From the IMG/VR virus record IMGVR_UViG_3300028394_003206: 54,346 nt of DNA; one strand, written 5' to 3'. Source of the DNA: an uncultured virus (IMG/VR IMGVR_UViG_3300028394_003206). Lineage: Duplodnaviria > Heunggongvirae > Uroviricota > Caudoviricetes. Positions 49,369-54,346 of this stretch are shown here, piece after piece. Positions within the stretch are counted from its first letter, which is position 1. Every line of letters starts with the position of its first letter. The notes under the pieces are model-generated. The model ran no database searches. It saw nothing but the letters and a program-made list of their open reading frames with translations, and was not told the origin of the DNA. The position numbers and the translations under genes were made by a program.

Positions 49369-49599
49369 ATGGAGAAAGAAAAAGAATTAAATTTATTTAA
49401 ATTGTATCTTATTAGTTATTGTGAAAATGATAAAATATATACTGATGAACAATTAAAAGAAACTGTTAATAAAGATCCAAAGTCATATATAACTGATATT
49501 AAAATAGCTAATGAAATAAAAGAAAAAATTTCTAATGCTAGAACAGTTGAAGAAATTGAAAAAATAGCAACAGAAATACATTTTTTGTTAAAACAATAA
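49369..49599 (+). CDS. Hypothetical protein
   Basis: 76 aa. Confidence 0.7.
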   Translation: MEKEKELNLFKLYLISYCENDKIYTDEQLKETVNKDPKSYITDIKIANEIKEKISNARTVEEIEKIATEIHFLLKQ

Positions 49600-49611
49600 T
49601 AAATTATTAAA

Positions 49612-49986
49612 ATGAGAAGTTTAGAATTAATAGAAAAAGAATTATCTGAATTAGATGTAAAAATGGATAAAGCATTTGATTTGCCAACTTTTGAAAAATA
49701 TTTAACAGAATCAGGAAGAATTTGGAAACAAAAAATTCCATTGTTATATGAAAAATATGAACAAATTCCTATTAAATGGAATGATATTCCAACTTATGGT
49801 GATAAAATGACAATCCAAGATTTTATTAGTTGTTGTGAATCAGGTGGTTTCATTGATAGTGATGGTTCTGGTTATTATGCTAATGAAACTAATGAATCAA
49901 ACATACCAGCATTACCATCTATGATTACCTCTGGTAAAATAACTAAAAGACCAGAATTAACTCATGTAATTTGGTATAATAAATAA
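49612..49986 (+). CDS. Hypothetical phage protein
   Basis: GGFIDSDGSGYYA...THVIWYNK motif. Confidence 0.8.
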   Translation: MRSLELIEKELSELDVKMDKAFDLPTFEKYLTESGRIWKQKIPLLYEKYEQIPIKWNDIPTYGDKMTIQDFISCCESGGFIDSDGSGYYANETNESNIPALPSMITSGKITKRPELTHVIWYNK

Positions 49987-50014
49987 AAAAGTGGAATTAA
50001 TTCCACTTTTTTTT
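49986..50014 (+). terminator. Intrinsic terminator
   Basis: AAAAAGTGGAATTAATTCCACTTTTT plus T-tract. Confidence 0.8.
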
Positions 50015-50236
50015 GTATATTTGTTTAAAATATGGAAAACTTCGAAACAATAGATAAAACAATAAGAAAATATATTAAAACTGTTTTAAAAATTGAAACA
50101 GTAATAGATAAGTATGTGCCTAATACTCACATAGCTGAAGTATTTAAAGATGTGTTAATCTGTTCAGAATTTGAAAATGAATACCCTAATGTATATCATA
50201 ATGTTAAATATGAACCATATGATTCATTAAGAGTTA

Positions 50237-51661
50237 TCAAAAATATAGACAAACGTGACTTTTGCCACTTTTAGTAAATTTTTGACTTGAAAAGGTATAA
50301 TCCTTTCTCCGATAACTCTTGTTTCGGATAGATTTAAACAAATCAACAAATCCTGTAAAATGATTTAAATCAACATAACCATCTATCTTATCAGTGATTA
50401 GATTGTTTAAATCAAAATCTGGGATTAATTTAAATCCTTTAATATATTGACCAATGCCTCTTCTTAATAATTCAATTGAAGAAGCTATTGGATCATACTC
50501 ATTATACATTAAATTGCCAATAAATGATGAATAACAAGGATTAACCTTTCTTAATATTGTTCCTGTTTCATTACATCTTCTGGTTATTAATGAAAATATA
50601 TAATTTTTCTTAAATTCTAGTTTATTCTTTCTGTTACTTATTTTGTTACCAAAATTATCTTTATTAATGTTTTCCAAATCTTCTATTATAAAATAACTAA
50701 CTTTATAATGTTTAACTTTTTTAAATAAATCTTTAATTATTTGAGAATATTCGTGTTTTCTTTTCTTTTCATTTACTTTTCCAATAATTTTGTAACATCC
50801 TTTATCAATTAGATTCATTTTATCATCACCTATTGAATAACCAATTTCATTAGGATTGATGTCAATGCTAATATATCTTTCTAATTTACCAATTTTAAGA
50901 TAATCTTCATGTTCTTTATATTTAGTTTTCCAATAATCTTTAGTTTCTTGTTTATTAAGATCTTTTGGTTTTTCTTGTTGGAAAAATTTATAATCAAAAT
51001 TAGTTGAATTTAGGATTGTTTCATCAAATGTTAAGTATATTTTATTATAATTTAATTTAACTGTTAAAGATATTTCTTTATTTTTACATAGTTCTTCTAA
51101 CAATCTTAATTCATTCTTATGTTTTTTGTTTGATATTTTAATAGGTATTTTAACACCACTTCCTTCCATTTTAAAAAGAATGTTTCCATTTGATAAATCT
51201 TTAAAGTCAAAGAATCTATTACCTTTTCTGGATGTTTCACCATAAAATACCATTGTATATAATCTTAAATCTTTCCATTGTTCATTAGAAATCAAGCCTT
51301 TAGTTCTTCTTTTTAGATTTTCTCTACCACCAAAACAAATGTTAGATTTTAAGCTTTTTCTTAATTTAGTTAATTTTTTAAATATTTTACTGTTCATTTC
51401 TAAACTTTCAAGAACATTTATTTTTTCAATAATCTTTTCTTTGGTTGATTGGTATTTTTCATAAAAAGCTATTGTTTCCTTACATAAATATTCTTTTAAT
51501 TTACTAGATTTAGTATTTAATGTATTTAAAAATTCTTTATCTTTACATAGTTCAAGATTATTAAATAATCTTCTAAAATCTCTAGAATAATCTTCTTGAA
51601 AATGTTTTATCATTTCCTTATCATTATTAGAAACAGATATTTTATAAACTAATGTTTTCAC
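50237..51661 (-). CDS. tnpB: TnpB-related RNA-guided RuvC nuclease (no Zn finger)
   Basis: SIDINP (RuvC-I D), IIEDL (RuvC-II E), VNPCYSSFIG...YDPIASSIELLRRG (RuvC-III D); FGGR motif; GTG start at 51661 behind late motif 51685-51693. Confidence 0.85.
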   Translation of the reverse strand: MKTLVYKISVSNNDKEMIKHFQEDYSRDFRRLFNNLELCKDKEFLNTLNTKSSKLKEYLCKETIAFYEKYQSTKEKIIEKINVLESLEMNSKIFKKLTKLRKSLKSNICFGGRENLKRRTKGLISNEQWKDLRLYTMVFYGETSRKGNRFFDFKDLSNGNILFKMEGSGVKIPIKISNKKHKNELRLLEELCKNKEISLTVKLNYNKIYLTFDETILNSTNFDYKFFQQEKPKDLNKQETKDYWKTKYKEHEDYLKIGKLERYISIDINPNEIGYSIGDDKMNLIDKGCYKIIGKVNEKKRKHEYSQIIKDLFKKVKHYKVSYFIIEDLENINKDNFGNKISNRKNKLEFKKNYIFSLITRRCNETGTILRKVNPCYSSFIGNLMYNEYDPIASSIELLRRGIGQYIKGFKLIPDFDLNNLITDKIDGYVDLNHFTGFVDLFKSIRNKSYRRKDYTFSSQKFTKSGKSHVCLYF

Positions 51662-51779
51662 TTTTGAACATTTTAATTTTAAAATATATATTAAAATTAA
51701 AGTGGCACTTTTATACAATTTAAATTAATGTATAAATGATAAACTAAAATACATTTTATCTATATAATAAACAAAATAT
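50247..51779 (-). mobile_element. About 1.53-kb TnpB-only element without transposase
   Basis: Boundaries inferred from in-frame restoration of the host gene; TGCCACTTT (50263) and AAAGTGGCA (51699) form an inverted pair near the two ends. Confidence 0.6.
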
Positions 51780-52055
51780 TGCAAGACCAAATTCTAACCT
51801 AAATGATTATGATGTTTTAGAAGATGGTAGATTTCAAAAGAAAGAAACTTACAGTGTGGGTATAAATCATTTATTATCTGAATATTTTGATTTAAATAGG
51901 TTGAAAGAAAATCCAATAGATGAAATATACAATACCTATCAGAAATTAAGAGAAAAAAGAGATCCAGTTAGAAATAATATTCTATTGGGGAGAATTGTAA
52001 CCCCAATAGAATATCATTATCAACCTTATAGTAAATCATATAAAATTAAAATTAA

Positions 52056-52664
52056 ATGATGAAAATTAAATTTATTTTAAATTATTTATTAAACTTTATT
52101 CTATTGAACAAAGTAAAAACAATTGCAATTATTTTATTATTCTCTACTATTCCATTTCTTAATTCAATTCCAGATATTAAAGACCGACGTGAAATAGTAT
52201 TTGAACATGTAAAAGATAAAAAAACTTTTTATATAGTAAGAGATGCTATTCATAATCGTATAGAATATGAGGTTGTAACAGAAAAAAATCCTATTATAGA
52301 AGATAATAATATAATAAGTTATAGATATGATGACCGTAATATTTTATTATGGGTAGTATTTATAAGTTCATTAATATTTTTATTAGTTGGTATTTTTGTT
52401 TCAGATGATGATTTTTCATTTGGATTGGAAAATGTTTATACAGAAACCTTATCCAAATATATTGTATGTGAATTTGAAGAAGGTAAATATTATTATTTTA
52501 TCTATGATAGATTATTAGGCTTTTCAGATGAACCACTCCATCAATCATATAAAAATCTTGCAAGACGTTTTAAATTATACAAACATTCACAATTGAATAA
52601 TTATCCTATTTGGGAAACTAAAAAAATGAATAGAAGAAATAAATTAAATGAATTAGGTGTTTAA
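52056..52664 (+). CDS. Membrane protein with C-terminal tag (RRNKLNELGV)
   Basis: Two hydrophobic segments. Confidence 0.8.
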   Translation: MMKIKFILNYLLNFILLNKVKTIAIILLFSTIPFLNSIPDIKDRREIVFEHVKDKKTFYIVRDAIHNRIEYEVVTEKNPIIEDNNIISYRYDDRNILLWVVFISSLIFLLVGIFVSDDDFSFGLENVYTETLSKYIVCEFEEGKYYYFIYDRLLGFSDEPLHQSYKNLARRFKLYKHSQLNNYPIWETKKMNRRNKLNELGV

Positions 52665-52711
52665 ATTTTTTTTATAAGTAAAAAAATACTATCTTTAATA
52701 AAAAATAAGAT

Positions 52712-53074
52712 ATGGGAGAAATGTTTTTTATCAGTATAGATTACAAAGATGGTGATCAAAGCACATATAAAAGTGTTGATGTTAATAATTTATTAACTAA
52801 TGAGAAAAAATCTTTTTCCTTGGGTGATCCTTGTGTAGATTATATAGATGCTTGGAAGTTTATATGGGAGCATGAAAATATAATAAGTATTACCTCATCA
52901 TCATCAGTTGACCATTTTACATTTGATGGTGATGCATATAAATGGGTTGTTTTTATTGAAAATTGTGAACAAATAGTGCCTATTCATATAGAAACATTTG
53001 AAGAATGTATTACTTATTATAGAGATTTTAAAAGTGAAAATGATCCTAATTATGTTAAACCTGTAAATATATAG
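52712..53074 (+). CDS. Hypothetical protein
   Basis: 120 aa; SSSVDHF motif. Confidence 0.75.
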   Translation: MGEMFFISIDYKDGDQSTYKSVDVNNLLTNEKKSFSLGDPCVDYIDAWKFIWEHENIISITSSSSVDHFTFDGDAYKWVVFIENCEQIVPIHIETFEECITYYRDFKSENDPNYVKPVNI

Positions 53075-53281
53075 AAAATGGATAAATCTAGAAAATCTGA
53101 AAAAAAATATACTGAATTAGAAGTTAGGAAAATTGCAACTTGGGCTTTCCATTTCTACCAAACAAATGAATTTAGTGATTCTGAATTAGAAGAAGAATTT
53201 GAAAGATTATTAGAAAATTTCTTTGAAAATAGGCAATAAATAATTATATTTGTTTATATCAATCATTTAAAACATATTCAT

Positions 53282-53508
53282 ATGAAAACAAACCCTATTA
53301 TAGAAATCTATAAATTATTATCAACAAATGATCTTATACTAGTTATAAATGAAATTGAAAGCTGTGAAAAAACAGGAACATTTCCAGAAAATTCACTATT
53401 CGCGAGTTGTGTATAAAAACTGCAGAAATCACTGGACTTGATGTTTCTTCAAATTTAATGCATGTGCAAATGGGTGTTTTAAAAGAAGCTGCTTTTAGAT
53501 GGAAATGA
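53282..53508 (+). pseudogene. Frameshifted small gene
   Basis: MKTNPIIEIYK...FPENS continues in another frame as IRELCIKTAEITG...KEAAFRWK; promoter at 53245. Confidence 0.55.
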
Positions 53509-53534
53509 CCAAGAAATAAAATCATCTGATAGAG

Positions 53535-54011
53535 ATGATTTGGATATTAAAATACATTGGGGAGAAGATGGAGAGTGATTTAAAGCAGTTCAAATTAATA
53601 TGTATTACTGATATTAAAGGTTTTACTGTTGGTAATGAATATGAATGTCAATTTTTATACAATGTTAATCTACCTAACTATGAGCGTAAAACTGGTTTGA
53701 GACTTCAAGAAGATTGGGTTCAGATTAAAAATGATGATGGTATAGAAGTTGAAATGATATTGAATGAACATGTAATCCATTTTCTACCATCATCTAATAT
53801 ATGGGTTGAATATATTGGTGATTATGTTGATTCATTAACAAAAGGTAAATGGTATAATTTATTAGAAAGAGGCAATATATCATTAAATGATAGACATTAC
53901 TATTTATTAAATGATAATAATAAATTTGTAGGTATTTACAGTGGTAAAAATTTCAAAGATGTAAGTAAAAAGAAACATAGAAAAGATAGATTAATTGAAT
54001 TAGGAATATGA
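53535..54011 (+). CDS. Protein with two related small domains and C-terminal tag (RKDRLIELGI)
   Basis: FTVGNEY..IKNDDG and LTKGKWY..LLNDNN repeats. Confidence 0.8.
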   Translation: MIWILKYIGEKMESDLKQFKLICITDIKGFTVGNEYECQFLYNVNLPNYERKTGLRLQEDWVQIKNDDGIEVEMILNEHVIHFLPSSNIWVEYIGDYVDSLTKGKWYNLLERGNISLNDRHYYLLNDNNKFVGIYSGKNFKDVSKKKHRKDRLIELGI

Positions 54012-54346
54012 AAAATATAGAAGAATTAATCAATAATCATCACTGGATTTATGTTGGGTATTCTATATTTTTATATTGAATATTTACTTATGAAACCATT
54101 CACTAAAAAAAATAGAAGACTAGAAAATTAATGGAGAAACTACCAAAGAAAATTGACATAAAAGTAATCTGTCTTCATGATCTACCAAACTTCAATCTAT
54201 AAAAGGATGCAATTTCCTATACAAAAGGAAACTACGAAGCCTGGTTATATGTTTGGCTTTTTAATAAATATTATAAAAAATAGTTTTATGGATATGCTAG
54301 AAAAAAAATTAGAATTTATGGCAAAAATTGATTCTATAGGTTTTAG

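Larger units (their letters stand above)
50032..52059 (+). pseudogene. Gene interrupted by the TnpB element (segments 50032-50246 and 51780-52059, 164 aa if joined)
   Basis: AAAATAT at 50240-50246 and 51773-51779 in the same reading frame; join reads ...DSLRVIKNIARPNSNLNDY... Confidence 0.6.

Noticed and set aside
50237..51718. Cas12-type CRISPR effector
   Set aside because: No repeat-spacer array adjacent; size and insertion context fit a TnpB element. The track start at 51718 was also rejected in favour of GTG 51661.
247..53525. Short antisense or overlapping ORFs in the track (e.g. 247, 3206, 5587, 6999, 9053, 16585, 26253, 33397, 39276, 41873, 43320, 53343)
   Set aside because: Shadow ORFs lying over better-supported genes, with F/L/S/I-rich composition typical of AT-rich reverse frames.
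1..54346. Alternative genetic code (stop-codon reassignment)
   Set aside because: Recognisable enzymes are full length in the standard code, TAG and TGA end genes at sensible places, and no suppressor tRNA is present.

Overview
Very AT-rich, gene-dense segment of a large lytic tailed phage, probably a T4-like or jumbo myovirus given a gp6-like baseplate wedge gene. Standard genetic code; no integrase, CRISPR array or reverse transcriptase seen. The host is very likely Bacteroidota (Flavobacterium-like): about 17 intergenic TAnnTTTG promoters, several with TTG 19-20 nt upstream, and no obvious Shine-Dalgarno motifs. Recognisable genes: baseplate wedge, GT2/TPR glycosyltransferase, HAD phosphatase, MazG-like pyrophosphatase, P-loop kinase, PrsW protease, DUF2201/vWA protein, CCA-adding enzyme, 2H phosphoesterase, two ART-fold proteins, two 2OG-Fe(II) oxygenases, FkbM methyltransferase, TIGR02452 macrodomain, TnpB, three LRR-like paralogs and three tRNAs. 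Main patterns: (1) about 25 mostly unrelated proteins share a T4-like N-terminal capsid-targeting tag, usually behind a TAATATATA promoter, including tRNA-repair-type and ART enzymes; (2) nine other proteins share a C-terminal R-x-x-[RK]-[LI]-x-x-[LI]-[LG] tag; (3) a promoter-driven ~70-nt RNA displays nearly the same 14-nt loop twice; (4) a 71-bp promoter-bearing insertion splits a Zn-finger gene; (5) a transposase-less, late-promoter TnpB interrupts a gene in frame; (6) a structured trailer follows each tRNA-Glu; (7) the LRR-like family is mosaic. All functional calls come from motif recognition by eye; no database searches were run.
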